A DNA stretch of 64,000 bases, from contig NC_043007.1 in assembly GCF_006345805.1 (NCBI RefSeq), forward strand, positions 46,996,001-47,060,000. Reading direction: 5' to 3'. A program made the translations under genes and the position numbers. Numbering within the stretch: position 1 is the stretch's first letter; every line of letters begins with the position of its first letter. The notes below the pieces were generated by a model. The model did no database searches. It was given only the letters and a program-made list of their open reading frames with translations, and was not told the DNA's origin. This document shows, piece by piece, positions 28,090 to 41,791 of this stretch. Source of the stretch: Octopus sinensis. Taxonomy: Eukaryota.

Positions 28090-30060
28090 TCTACAGGATG
28101 ATCTTTACTAGTTTTGTGAGTCGAGAAGCAGAGGCCGCTCTGAGGTAGGTCCAAACAACGAGGATCAAATAGAAACTTTTCAGCCGATAACGATTTTTGG
28201 ACCGTAATCTAAATGTAGAGTACAAAATTTTGACCAAGATTTTAACAAAGATGTTTACGCAGCAAAAACTAATTGGTGATGCGAAAGCACGTGCCCTCCC
28301 CAGCAGAACCATCCGCAACTACCACCAATCCAGAGTAGGTAAAGAAGCTGGTATGGTGGAGGCCTGACAATTGGGATGAAACTTCGACCAGGGTCGATAC
28401 TTAGCAGCCGTTCTCACGGCGGCCGGTTTCGGTCCTATTTTCCGTGGATGGATCGCCACAATGTACAGTGACATCCGTTCGGTAGTTAGGAGATTGGTTA
28501 CCTACCGAAACCATTCAGCATCATGCACTCGGTGCGTCAAAGGTGTTCTCTCTCATCCCTAATATGTCTACAGATCCTAGAGAACCGTTACTGCGGAAAC
28601 TGGAGGCTTGAGAAGCATCCCACGCAAACTAGGGTGTGGAAGCATATGCTGACGGGGTCAGCGTCACATTATCGAACACCAGGTACGTTGACCTGATCGG
28701 CAGGGCTATAAAAGTACTCTAAAAAGTGAGAGGAGCAAAACATTGCCAAGAAAAGTCAGTTAGCTTGCAGCTCGGCTCCTGGAGTGGCAGATCCATGGTG
28801 TCCAATAACGTCGTGAGACGCTAGACGGAAGGAGCAGTTAAACTGCTTGGTGTCTGGTTCTTTCCGGAACTCCAGGTGGAGAAGAAATGTGTAGAAGTGA
28901 CCAGCAGGTTAGCCAATTTCACCCAGAAATAGGCCACGAGAAATCGAACTCTGAAAGACTGGGCAAAGTTTGTGAATGCTTGCATCATCTCTGTTAGGTA
29001 TTACTGCCTGATAGTCGTGTTTGCCCCATTTTAAGCATGATTAAGCTTGATCGTATACTCTTCCATTTTCTGTGAGAGGGATGAGTTCCACTCATCAGGC
29101 GATCCATTTCCTGTTAACACTCACTAAATGGAAAGTTAGGGAAGCTGTGTCTGCTAATGCGTAGACATATGATGAAGCTACGACGTCTGCAGAAGTTCTT
29201 TCACGGTAAGCAAGTGTCGTCACTGTTTGTCAGACATGATTTTCCAAACCTACTCTCTTTGACTAAACTGCAGTCCTGGATCAAGCGTTGACTGAGGTGA
29301 GGGACCTCAGGGAGGCTCGGGGCGTCGACGAAAATCAAGTGGCTTGTCTGTCACGGAAGACTTCGAATCGGAGACTGTGATTAATTTCCAAAAATCCTTT
29401 GCCTGGCAATGCTACCGGTGTGTGGAGCGGGGCGGAGCATTGCCGATTCGGGATAAATTCTACGGATAGGTATCTGCGATTAGATGGGCTTGCCAAATTA
29501 TGCACTGCTCTGAGGAAGAAACTGTTCTGAACGCTTTAATCTAGTGCCCAGGCAGTGATCACTTGAGGGTTTATGTCAAACACTTATTGTCGCGTGTAGG
29601 ACGGATCCGGGTATAAGCTGAGTCTGTTATGACGGTAAGTCGTCCTGTCACATTATTTTAGCCGGGAAGGACAGGAAGTGTTTCTTTGTCTGATGTCCTT
29701 AACAAAATAAGATGGGTAGTAACAAAATTGAAAGGGTAGACAGATACCTTCCTCTTTGGCTAGGACTTCATCAACTGTTTCAAGTTTTCCGTGAAAAAGT
29801 AGGTAAAGCTAGATAGGGAAGACCTGCCTCACAGAAATGTTAAAAGCTGGGTGGCAGTTGCAAGAACGGTCCGAGAAAACAGGCCTACTTTAAGCATGTG
29901 CCTATGGACGGAATGAAAATGATGTGGAGAGTTCTCATTCCCCCGTGATCGGGATAACCGTGATTTACTGATATCTACACTAGGGACTTTTTGTTAAAAT
30001 TTTGTTATCCTCCTGCATAACTTAACTTGATACATGCTTATACCCGTTCTCTGATACTTC
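28090..30060 (+). mobile_element. Decayed Tx1/L1-clade non-LTR retrotransposon, 3' part
   Basis: Manual translation shows LNVEYKILTKIL, SVRQRCSLS and AYADGV RT motifs with many stops. Similar to the 7-9.5 kb element in the opposite orientation. Confidence 0.75.
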
Positions 30061-30079
30061 ATATTGGTATTTACAGTAT

Positions 30080-32283
30080 AAGAGCCAATGAAGATACACA
30101 CAGACTATCGTAGTGGCGCGAGATGTACTACATATTCAGCTGTTCACTACCAGTGAACTAATGTAACACCTCTTAATTTTCGAGCACCTTCCGGAGTATT
30201 CCAGCGGTTCCAGGCAGTGCTGTTTTCTCCACCCTTATTGCAGCCCCTATTTGTTCCACGTACGTCTCGAGATTTTTGCTCATTGTTCCCAGGGATCCGA
30301 CAATTATTGCTACTACTGCTATCTTTTTCATCGACCACAACTGCTTAAATTCCCAATCTAACCTGTCATATCTCCCGACTTTTCTTTCTTTCTTATCGCA
30401 TACCTTGTCGGCTGGGCATGCTATATCTATGGTCCAGCGTAATTTGTTTTCTTTCAGAATTAAGACTATGTCCGGCTTCCTGTTCTCTATCTCATGGTCG
30501 CAGTGAATCATAAAATCCAATAGGATCTTTGCATTTCTATTTTCGATGATGCCTTCAGGTTTGTGGTCGTACCAAGTTTTTGATCTGTGAAGTCCATACT
30601 TGTTGCAAAGTGTCCAATGGACAAACCTGGCTATATGGTTGTGGCGTCTCTTATATTCCTTCTGGGCTAGTGGCATACGTTAGCTGGTAATATGCCATAC
30701 GGTTTCACCGTTTTGTTCACAGATTCTGCATTATCACTTTCTGCTGTGTTGTCTATTTTGTATTGTATGTAGTTTGTTCTTAGTGCTTGCTCTTGGACAG
30801 CATAGATTAGAGTCTCCGTTTCCGGTTTTAAACAATTTTTGTCATCCACAGCCTTCTTTTTTCTCTGTTGGTCATATCTTCAACATCCCTATGAAATTGA
30901 TCATGCATTCTTTTCTTTACCCACCTATTTTCAGTTTCATTCGTTTTCAATTTCTTGTATATTACTTTATCTTTGCAATCTTTTAACCTACACAAACCTG
31001 ACCTTCTTACTTCTAATAATAGCGGTTCCGTGGCATTTTTTGCATACCATGCTATGTTTTTATCTTCTGCTCTACTGCTGTGTTCGCATCCAATAAGTTC
31101 TCTTCCCCCTACTTTCTTGGTAAATACTGACTGTCTGTGTCACATTTTGGGTGGAATGACCCATTTCTAGTTAGCAACTTCCTTGTCTTTCTGTCTAAGC
31201 TGTTTAATTCCTCTACTGTCCATGCGATTACCCCTGCTCCATATCTAAGGAGTGAAACTGTCAAGGTGTTGATAGCTTCGATCTTATTCTGTCCATTAAA
31301 TTCCGACATAAGGATTAGTCTCAGTCTGTGCAAGCACTCCACCTTAAATTTTTCTGTCATTTCTTTCTCCAACAATTTATCCATTTCCAAAATCCCCAAG
31401 TACCTGTAGCCCGTCTCTTCTGTCTGCTTCATAACCTCCCCCGATGGTATCGCTAGCCCGCTCATACTTTTGATTTTGCCTTTTTTCAAGAATATCACAC
31501 ACTTTCTCAGTCCGTACTCCATTCTGATATTAGAACTGAAGGTATACGCCATATCAACGAGGGAACTGACTTGGGTTTCATCTTTACCATAAAGTTTGAG
31601 GTCACCTATGAATAACAAATGGTTGACTTTTCGTTGGCGGCTTTTGAATACATACCCAGCTTTTGCTTTCCTCAGAATCAGTGTTAGTGGTATCAAGCAC
31701 AGTACAAAGATCTGTAGGGACACTAATCTTTGTACTTGGAAGATACCCGTCCTAATCTCTACTGTCCCTAAACTTCTTCCGTTTGCTGTCAGGTCCGTCC
31801 TCCAATTTGCCGTACTTTTTCCAAGCAATCACTCAACATTCGATGCAATACAAAATAGGTTCATAATTCATAATACAAGAATGTGGGATCATATCGTACG
31901 CTTTACAATAGTCGATTTATGACAAGGTTAAGTTACTTTTCTTCCTCTTGCAGTCTCTCAGTACAATTTTATCTATCAGGAGTTGATCATTGGTACCTCT
32001 GCACTTACGCTTGCAGCCCTTCTGCTCCTGTGGCAGGATTTCATTTTTTTCTAGATGTTCGTAGATTGAATCTGCGAGTATTCCAATCAATAACTTCCAC
32101 ATAAGTGGCAAACAGGATATCGGTCTGTAAGTGTCTACTGTATTGCCTTTTTCGATGTTTTCAGGCACATCACTGTCCTACCCAATGCCAATCACTCTGG
32201 TCGGCATTTAACAAGGTGTAGAGTTGCGCAGCTATTCGTGCATGACATTCCCCAAATCTGTTGATCCAGTTGCTTTGAACACC
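30080..32283 (-). mobile_element. 5'-truncated R4/Dong-like retrotransposon
   Basis: [38 protein letters not shown] and RKPDIV..IDIACP motifs. The 5' end abuts (TAA)n. Confidence 0.88.
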
Positions 32284-32303
32284 ATTATTATTATTATTAT
32301 TAA

Positions 32304-32346
<43 letters not shown>

Positions 32347-32361
32347 ATTATTATTATTATT

Positions 32362-34860
32362 ACATTTTTTTTCTTCTTTCAAATTTGCTTCCATTTCTTG
32401 CCGAGTGTCTTCCCGACTCCTAGGGCAAAGAAACTCATAGTATACATTGGTAAGCCATTAAACCAAACTCAGTAGTTCGTTTATTTTTTTATTTTTTTTT
32501 TTTTAAAGTTAAATTAAAATATATGAGCAGCAACAGTTCTCACATCGACAATGCTCTTCTCAATACGTGTGATGTACCAGTTAAGACAATCTTTTGCACT
32601 TCTTGCAGGGATGGTAAGCCAGGGATCATTCTCATATAATTTTCGGTTCCCTTCTTGATCATTCCTAGTGCTCCTACGATCACTGGTATTGTAACCGCCT
32701 TGAGATGCCACATTTTCTCAATTTCAATGAGTAGGTCTTTATATTTTCTGAGCTTGTCAAACTCTTTCGCTGAGATATTATGATCACAGGGGATGCTCAT
32801 GTCGATCGATAAGCAAACTTTATTGTTTTAGTCTTTCACAACAATATCTGGTTTATTGGCCTTGATGGGTCGGTCTGTATGTACTGGAAAGTCCCACAGA
32901 ATGGTTACATTTCCTCTTTCAGTTGCAGCCTCAGGGTGGTGATTATACCACTTGTCGGCAGTTTTGATATTGTAATGCCGACTTATTAGCCAGTGGAGAT
33001 ATTGGCCAACTCTGTCATGTCTTAATTTATACTCCACTGGTGCTAAGACTTTACATCCAGAGATTAGATGGTCCACTGTTTCAATCATGTCGTTGCAGAA
33101 TCGGCATTTTGGGTCTGCTCCATTTTTCATCACATTGGCCTGGTAGTTCCGGGTTAATAGGCTTTGATCTTGAGCAGCCAGGATGAAACCTTCGCTCTCT
33201 GCTTTTAGCCCTGAGCTCCGTAGCCACTGATGGGTTTGCTTCTGGTCAACATCAGCTTGTTTGCTGCGGGTCACATATTTGCCGTACAGAGGTTTCTCCT
33301 CCCACCTATCAGCCAATTGCTCGTGCGCTTTTTTCATTGCCATCATTTTCACCTTCTTTGCAACAATAGTTGCCGTACTTCCCTCGGTTGTTCAGTTTGG
33401 GTATCCTGCACGAGATCAATAGCAAATTTTTTGCTTTCCTTTATGATAGAATGAAGCTTCTTTCGTCTCTCGTGATTTTCCACGAGCTTTAGCATCCAGT
33501 CATTCGATATTTCGAGATATTTGGCCAGTCCAATTGTGGTTGTTTTGTAAGCTAGTTCAAATTGGATCAGGCCTCGACCTCCTTGGGCTCTGGGAAGGTA
33601 AAGGCGATCTACGTCTGCCTTTGGGTGGTGCATCCTATTACAACTCAGCAGCTTGCGTATTTTCCTATCTATATTCTTTACTTCACTCATATTCCAGTTC
33701 AACACATTGTAGCTATAAGTAACAACTGGAACTGCTAAGGAATTTATAGCTAACACCTTGTTACGTGCATTTAGTTCAGATTTCAGGACTGCACGAACTC
33801 TCATATACATTCCTTCCTGATTTTCTCTTTCATGCTTGCATGCTGAATACCAGAGCCTTCATTTATCCCTAAATATTTGTATGTTTGTTCTTGCTCAAGC
33901 TCTCTTATGACTGTGTCAACATCTAACACGACTGAATTTGTGGTCTTCACTTTCCCTTTCTGGAAAGTGGCCTTGGCACACTTCTCAAGTCCAAACTCCA
34001 TCCCGATGTCATCGCTGAATGATTTCACGGTGCGCAATAGGCCTTCAAGTTCATTATTGTCTTTACCATAAAGTTTTAAGTCATCCATATAAAATAGATG
34101 GCTTATTTTTTTATTGGTAATTTTATACCCATACTCTGTTCTGTTTAATTCACTTGTAAGGGGTATTAGGCTATGCAGAATATTAAAGGTGAAAGTGAGT
34201 CACCTTGAAAAATTCCACAGTTGATGTTTATATTTTCTGAGGCAAGTACTCCATTAGAGTGGTATAATTGGAGATTCGTATTCCACAACGACATATTGTG
34301 CTTCAGGAAGTTTGAAATCACAGGGGAAATTTTGAAGATGTCCAGTGATCTCAAGATCCATTGATGCGGTATACTGTCGAAGGCCTTTTTATAGTCAATC
34401 CATGCGGTGCTGAGATTTCTGCGCTTGTGACAGTTCTCAAGGATCATACGATTAATTAGCAGTTGATCTTTGCATCCTTATGAGCCTCGGCGGCACCCTT
34501 TTTGTTCATTGGGGAAAATATCGTTCTTCTCCATGAATGCATATGTTTTCTCCGCCAGGATAGATGTTAGGATTTTATACGTGGTGGATAAACAGGTTAT
34601 AGGCAGATAGTTTTTTGGAAGTTTGGTTTCGTTATTCTTTGGTAGTAGGTAAGTAATACCACTTGCTAACCATTCAGGTGTTTTCTTTGGCTCTCTCATA
34701 ATTCCATTTAGCAGCTGAACTAGCTTACCGTGTGCGCATGGGAGCGATGCGAGCCAGAAATTCGGCACCCTATCTTTACCGGGGGATTTCCAATTATAGA
34801 CCTTCGTGAGTGCCTTTCTTAGGTCTGCTATTGTGATGTCTTCCCATGCTTGTTGTTGTA
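32362..34860 (-). mobile_element. 5'-truncated, relatively young R4/Dong-like retrotransposon
   Basis: Near-continuous RT (WIDYKKAFDS, GIFQGDSLSPLIFC, MDDLKLY), CRFC..ETVDHLISGC..RHD and KPDIVV..D..K motifs, split by a few frameshifts. (TAA)n on both sides. Confidence 0.92.
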
Positions 34861-35069
34861 AATTATTATTATTATTATTATTATTATTAGCAGTAGTAGT
34901 AGTATTATTGTTATTATTATTTCGGTGTGAATGGTCTTTTATACGGCGCCGAGTTTACAATCCTGTAAAAAATAATTGTGGTATTTTTATATAAGCATAA
35001 AGCAATGACTAAAGAAAATAGTCTAATAAAAAGATATATAAGCCCGCGACAGAAAAAAGAAGGCTTTCC

Positions 35070-35131
<62 letters not shown>

Positions 35132-35151
35132 GTTATTATTATTATTATTAT

Positions 35152-35497
35152 TCTATGTTTGACTTTTGCTTTATATTTGTACAAGTTGGCTCCAAGTCTC
35201 ACCCATAGACCTCAAGAGACAACAGGTTGGAAGTTCGTGATGTTGTTATGCCTAGTGTGCCATATATTTGGTTTTGTATTTAGTGTTGTACTAGTAAATG
35301 TCAAAAAAAAAATTATGTTTGTTTTAAAACTTGAGATTACATAGAAAGTATTTTGCGTAGGATATGAGCAGTTCCCATGAGCACTATCTTTTGAATTTCT
35401 GCCAATTTGGGATTTCCCTGAATCTGAGTTAAGTAGCGATCAGCCCCTTTTGCTATCATTCCCAGGGCACCTATGACAACAGGTAGTGTTTTAGTTT
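35152..35497 (-). mobile_element. 3' end of another R4/Dong-like family
   Basis: Minus-strand translation ..LPVVIGALGMI..EIQKIVLMGTAHILRKILSM* followed by a 3' UTR; lies between (TAA)n tracts. Confidence 0.8.
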
Positions 35498-35588
35498 TAT
35501 TATTATTATTATTATTATTGTTATTATCATTATTATTATTATTATTATATCATCATCATCATCATCATCATCACTATCATTAGTATGT

Positions 35589-35995
35589 AAGGCGGTGAGC
35601 AGGCGGAAACGTTAGCACGCCGGGCGAAATGCGCAGCCGTATTTCGCCTGCCGTTACGTTCTGAGTTCAAATTGCGCCGAGGTCGACTTTGCCTTTCATC
35701 CTTTCGAGATCGATAAATTAAGTACCAGTTATGCACTGTGGTCAATAAAATCGACTTAATCCGTCTGTCTACCCTTGTTTGCCTCCTCTGTGTTTAGCCC
35801 CTTGTGGGTAGTAAAGAAATAGGTATTTCGCCTATCGCTACCCTCTGAGTTCAAATTACTCCGTGGTCGACTTTACCTTTTATCATTTCGGTGTCGATGA
35901 ATTAAGTACCAGTTGAGTACTGCAGTCGCTGTAACCGACTATCTTCCGCCCCAAATTTCAGGCCTTGTGCCTATAATGGAAAGGATTATTATTAT
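35589..35995 (+). mobile_element. tRNA-derived SINE with internal duplication
   Basis: A-box/B-box-like head (ggcggtgagc..gagttcaaat), conserved gtcgactttgcctttcatcctttcg..gataaattaagtaccag core, (ATT)n tail. Confidence 0.85.
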
Positions 35996-35999
35996 TTTT

Positions 36000-36555
36000 G
36001 AGTGATAGAACAATGCATGCCATCAAAGTGATACTGGGGTAAAATATATGAAGCCCACCATATACCCATCATGACTACCCGTCTGATAAGGGTACACCAG
36101 GCACATGCATCACAACCATGCGCGACATGGTGATCTCATATCAAGATAAACGGCACATGACCTTTTAGATGGGGCCTAATTAGAATTTTCTTCTGGTCGA
36201 GTAGCCTATCCCGCTCAAAAGGTCCCTGAAGAAGGATTGTTTAAGGATGTTGAAAGAAAGCACCCATGTATCCAAAGGTGAATTATCCAAACCTCCAAAA
36301 ATCCCTCTCAACACATGGCTATGACGCTCCTCCACTACTTCTGCTTATGATCAGAGACGCACATATCGTCAGCCACTAAGAGACATGGTCAACTGGTTAA
36401 GGTCAAACAACTGACAAGCAAATCTGTGGTACTGGGGAAAATATTTGCTGTAGCCCATCTTTTATACCAAGGCAAAACAATGTACATGATAACACTTCCA
36501 ATTAGTTAAGATCAGCAGCCATGACAGCCACTGCCTGGTACTGCATCAGGGCACT
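36000..36555. mobile_element. ~555-bp non-coding interspersed element, copy 1
   Basis: Same boundaries as, and high similarity to, 36572-37128; bounded by (TTA)n. Confidence 0.75.
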
Positions 36556-36571
36556 TATTATTATTATTATT

Positions 36572-37128
36572 GAGTGAGAGAGCAGTGCATGCCATCAAAG
36601 TGACACTGGGGTAAAATATACGAAGCCCAATATACCCATCATGACTACCCGTCTGATAAGGGTACACCAGGCACATGCATCACAACCATATGTGCGCGGC
36701 ATGGTGATCTCATATCAAGATTAACAGCACATGACCTTGCAGGTGGAGCCCAGTTAGAATTTTCTTCAGGTTGAGTAGCCCATCCCGCTCAAAAGGTCCC
36801 TGAATAAGGGTTGTTTAAGGATGTTGAAAGAACCACCCAGGTTTCCAGAGGTGAATTATTCAAACCCCAAAGAATCCCTCTCAACACATGGCTATGATGC
36901 TCCTCCACTACTTCTTCTCGTGATCAGAGACGCACATATCGTCAGCCACTAAGGGACGTGGTCAACTGGTTAAGGTCAAACAACTGACAAGCAAATCTGT
37001 GGTATTGAGCAGAATATTTGCTGTAGCCCATCTTTTATACCAAGACAAAACAATGTACATGATAACACTTCCAATCAGTTAAGATCAGAAGCCATGAGAG
37101 CCACTGCCTGGTACTGCATCAGGGCATT
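36572..37128. mobile_element. ~555-bp non-coding interspersed element, copy 2
   Basis: gagtgagagagcagtgcatgcc...ggtactgcatcagggc between (TTA)n tracts. Confidence 0.75.
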
Positions 37129-37149
37129 TATTATTATTATTATTATTAT

Positions 37150-37188
<39 letters not shown>

Positions 37189-37226
37189 TACTACTACTAC
37201 TACTACTACTACTACAACTATGTTTC

Positions 37227-37370
37227 GAAGGCAGCGAGCTGGCAGGATCGTTACCATGCTGGACGACACGCTAAGCGGTATTTAGCTCGTCGCTACGTTC
37301 TGAGTTCAAATTCCGCCGTTTATTCCCTTTCTTGAACTTGCTGGCCTTGAGCCAAAATTTGAAATCATTA
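37227..37370 (+). mobile_element. Internally deleted SINE of the same family
   Basis: aaggcagcgagctggcag..ttctgagttcaaattccgcc head joined to the tail. Confidence 0.7.
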
Positions 37371-38784
37371 TTAAAAGCAGCTTACACTTTATGAATTTGA
37401 AATAAATTATTCAAAGAGAATAGGATTTTTTTCCTTCTGCCTTGAGTTAATCTTTTACTGTCTTGAGTGAATAGGAGAAAATAAAATGTTAGACAACCCA
37501 TAATTTAAAAACAAATTGTGCAGTTGCACGAACAAACAAAACCGAATCAATTTGTACCCGGGTGTTGTTTTGATATCGATTTCTTTTAAACATCTCGGGG
37601 AGAATTTGATTTATTAAATTTTCTGGTGTCACATAAAAATAAACTTCTTCTGAAAGTAAAACTCTATAAATTTATTTTCTTTTTCTTAAGTAAAACCTAA
37701 AAAAAAACAGACATTGGGATTATGTATGAATTTTATATCTTAATTTTGGTATCATTTATTTATTGTTTTATACTTATTTCAGAATTTTCACTTCAATTAT
37801 TTTATTGCATAGCACTTATGAAGATAAAAGCCCGGGGGTATTAATTATACATCTGGTATTTCATAATGTTTTAAAATTGAAATTATAATTAAATTTGCTA
37901 AATTAAATCAGCTAACAAATTAAATTAGCTTATAATGTAATATAATTAAGTCCTAACACCAGCAATTGATTTTTTCCAGCGGGGGTAACACAAGAATTAA
38001 GTAAAGTGAGCTAACTAAATCTAGTCAAATCCTAAAACACTTTACAGAATAATATGAAAGTAAAAATGCGATTAGCTTTCTACTGCCAATATTTACAAAT
38101 ACAAGTTATATAAAAAGTATAAACGTAATTATGCTGAAATAAATGTAATTTTTGAGACTTTTATCTTTTCCTGGCCAAGAAAACGTCCTGTACCTCACAT
38201 ACATGACAATCTAAAACCACTTGCCAAATTACGAAAATTAATTACATCTCTCATGGGGTTTTTTACATAAGCAAAAGAACATCAGTCGGAGAAATCTCTA
38301 ATTGGTCCCCGTAAATGACTGGTGTTCATTTCTCCACCGAGAAACACTGCCATGAGAAATAAATTTGAATGCTCTTTCTTTATCCCAAATTTTTATTGAA
38401 ACAATAGCAAAAAATCTAATTAGTTCATGTATGCATAACTCAAAAGCGCAAATATATATATACGTACATGTACATGCGCACACACGCAGACATGTTCACG
38501 TGCACATACACACACACACACGCAGACGCGCGCGCACATACACACAAATTGATAAATATACATGTGTCTGATAACTTATAAACTTCGCTTAGACACTGCG
38601 AACAGCGTAGCTTCCAGAAATATAGCTCAATTCCAGTAGATTCCACATTATTTCTTAAAATATACGTATGAGCACATTTGTTCGTATATACATATATATG
38701 TATATTCTTTATGCTGAACACGTGCTCTCTCAAAAGTATTGACCCCTCCTTGGCAATGACATGTGGCAATGACATGCATTGTTA

Positions 38785-39095
38785 TCCCAGCCAGTCTCCT
38801 GCACATCACAGGCTTTTAATGAGGACTTGACACATTCCCTAAATCGTAGCCTTGGTATCTGACGGGGTCTCATTCATTTTACAAGCTCTCCATATTGCAT
38901 GCTACGCGAAAGCGCACATGTGGTGTAGTGAATGGGAAAAGCTTGGTCTGCAATGTTTGCAGTCGTGTATGCTTGTCAAGAGCAGGGCTCATTAACTACG
39001 AACGGAGCCGCAAATGCAAAATATAAGTTAGTCGTAGAGCACACAATGTTCCTGAAGAACAGCATTGACCTTCCTCGGTTACAAGTGGACAGCCA
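38785..39095. mobile_element. RTE/BovB-like LINE 3' end with internal inversion
   Basis: The minus part encodes YGEL..RPRQIPRLRFRECVKSSLKAC. The plus part encodes CNVCSRVCLSRAGLINY (C-terminal zinc-finger-like) plus a 3' UTR. Confidence 0.6.
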
Positions 39096-39123
39096 TCATA
39101 TATATATATAGAGAGAGAGATTC

Positions 39124-39202
<79 letters not shown>

Positions 39203-39626
39203 GTGTCATTGAATACCGTCAATGTGTTACTAACATCCTGATGATCCCAGTCTTAAAAGACTGACTATAATTTATGATTTTATGATGGACGGTCTCCGAA
39301 AATGGTCCATGTGCAAAACCATTTTTCAATATTTTACATTACGTTTTCATTCACCAACACCGCAGGTCAAAAACTGATGATCCATAAAGGGAAGCGGAAA
39401 GACAACGATCAATTTTTGAAATAAGCCTCAAAGTAACGAATATCATAACCAAAAGCACTGTGCAAAACCAGTATTGTGCAATGAACGATTGTAACGGTAT
39501 GTCCTGCTGGTTAACAAGTCCAATGCTACAGACAAATCCAGGAGCATTCAGAAATCTACAAAATCTCCCATTGCTATAAGTGTGTCCAAAACAATCATCA
39601 CTCTATGTGCATTTAATAACAACGAA

Positions 39627-40042
39627 GATGGCGAGCTGGCAAAAATGTTAGCACACCGGACGAAATGCTTAGCGGCATTTCGTCTGTCTTTACGTCCTGC
39701 GTTCAAATTACGCCGAGGTTGACTTTGCCTTTCATCCTTTCAGGGTCTATTAAATAAGTACCAGTTACGCACGGGGGTCGATATAATCTACTTAATCCCT
39801 GTTCTGTTCTTGTTTGTATTCTCTGTGTTTAGCCCCTTGTGGGTAGTAAAGAAATAGGTATTTCGTCTGCCGCTACGTTCTGAGTTCATATTCCGCCGAG
39901 GTCGACTTTGCCTTTCATCCTTTCGGGGTCGATTAAATAAGTACCAGTTACGCACTGGGGTCGATATAATAGACTTAATTCGTTTGTCTGTCCTTGTTTG
40001 TCCCCTCTGTGTTTAGCACCTTGTGGGTAGTAAAGAAACAGG
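39627..40042 (+). mobile_element. tRNA-derived SINE, dimeric or duplicated body
   Basis: Same family as 35589; the core is repeated at ~39720 and ~39900. Confidence 0.85.
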
Positions 40043-41698
40043 CATTTAATAACAATTTATCAATGGGTACGGGCATTGAGTGTACTCCGCAAAAATGAAA
40101 AGTTAACAGCTCTGGTCATCTCAACTTAGATCGACCGCTATCCAAAGCCAGAGTAGTGAGAGTAAACTTCTTTTTCTACGGAGGCACAAGCATGCTGATT
40201 AGAGTGGATGAGAGTAATATTTCAAAAGATTAAAGCAAATCTTATGCATTTCAATTATTAAATGCATAGACTTAATATACTCGAAACGGTGAAATATATA
40301 CATACACATTCACACACACGCACAGGCACCCACACATACACAAACATACACATACATGCACCTAAGCACGTGCTCGCACACACAAACGCATACACACGCA
40401 CATCGGTATATCACCTGAAGCTATGTAATGCGGTTGCATTGGTTTGAACAAAAGTAAGTTTCAGCTGATGCGATAATGAACAAATATGTAAATTTCTCAC
40501 GTCCGATGGCACATAAAAAAAGGCATGCCAACTGGACTTAAGATAGCGGTCTTCCAATTGGCAGTAGCCAAATATATACGAAAGCCAAAATAGAAAAATA
40601 TTCCCACCTGTATGAAATATGATATATGCTTAACTATAAATATTACTTATTCTTTTAAAACACCTGAAAAGTTTATGCAACAAAATTCGCAGAAATTTTA
40701 CTACAATGATGTATACGTGAGAACATCCGTTACGTTTTGATGGCGTTGTTAGAATGGGTGAGTACAATGTGATTTGTGAAAACGGCTTTAATAGCCGTGG
40801 ATGCGATATCATGTTATATGTCTTCCCACATTGTCAAATAATTGTGCGAGTTTACTGAAAGCTGTCGCCGCAAATGGTATTTTATCATTTTCTGACATTT
40901 GTATTAGTAAGTCTAGAATTCTACTAGGCGTTGTATACCGTTCACGCAAAAAAGAAACAACCGAAAAATCACACATATTTTGACTTCTCACTTCCATAAA
41001 GAAAAACAAACGTGTTGATTTCAAGTACACAGTCATTGATGGGTAAACCTTTCTAGTCGCCTCCAAATATAATGATTTCATTTATTTCCTGTTAGACGCG
41101 AAAATTTAGACGTAACAAAATTTTCTATTCGTTATTTATCACTGCTATTGAACCTATCTACAATTATTTATGTAATTCTATCATTGTCATATGAACAAAA
41201 AGAAAAGGGGGACACCGCTATCAGAATGCGTACTTTGACTACATGACCGGTAGGATGACTTACTGTATGAAGATGTAGCGACCAAACTGGCCTGGATTTT
41301 GTGATTCTGTCAATGTTATGTTTCAGCAAAACCGAAACTTAACATGGGTATTATGCGAAGTATAAGTAATACGCAAATGTCTGAGTAACTCTAAAACGTA
41401 ATCTGAGACATTGAAGGAGATCATGCCAGAAAAATAAGGACATTAATTAAGGAAGGAGAAAAGAATAACATACAGTCGGCTTTACAACGGTTGATGGTCA
41501 AAGCTAATTTGTGTTACCCAATTGTTCTACTGGCTGAAAAGATTCAGTGTCAGTTTATCTCTTTAAATAGTGATACCATTTTCAATACTGGAATCAGTTA
41601 GAGCATAAGCATATATGCACACTTATATGCATACATACATACCTACGCACATACACACACACATATATGTACCTATATATATATATATATATAGTATC

Positions 41699-41740
<42 letters not shown>

Positions 41741-41752
41741 ACACACGCACAT

Positions 41753-41791
<39 letters not shown>

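Noticed and set aside
35589-35680. tRNA gene
   Set aside because: The A/B-box-like head continues into a SINE body found many times in the window, and no complete cloverleaf forms.
39236-39270. Box C/D snoRNA-like tgatga...ctga
   Set aside because: The boxes are too close, and there is no terminal stem or recognisable guide sequence.
40809-41090. Possible SF1 helicase exon (IIIFGGD*KGLP-like motif)
   Set aside because: The similarity is weak and needs both a stop read-through and a frameshift; not supportable by eye.
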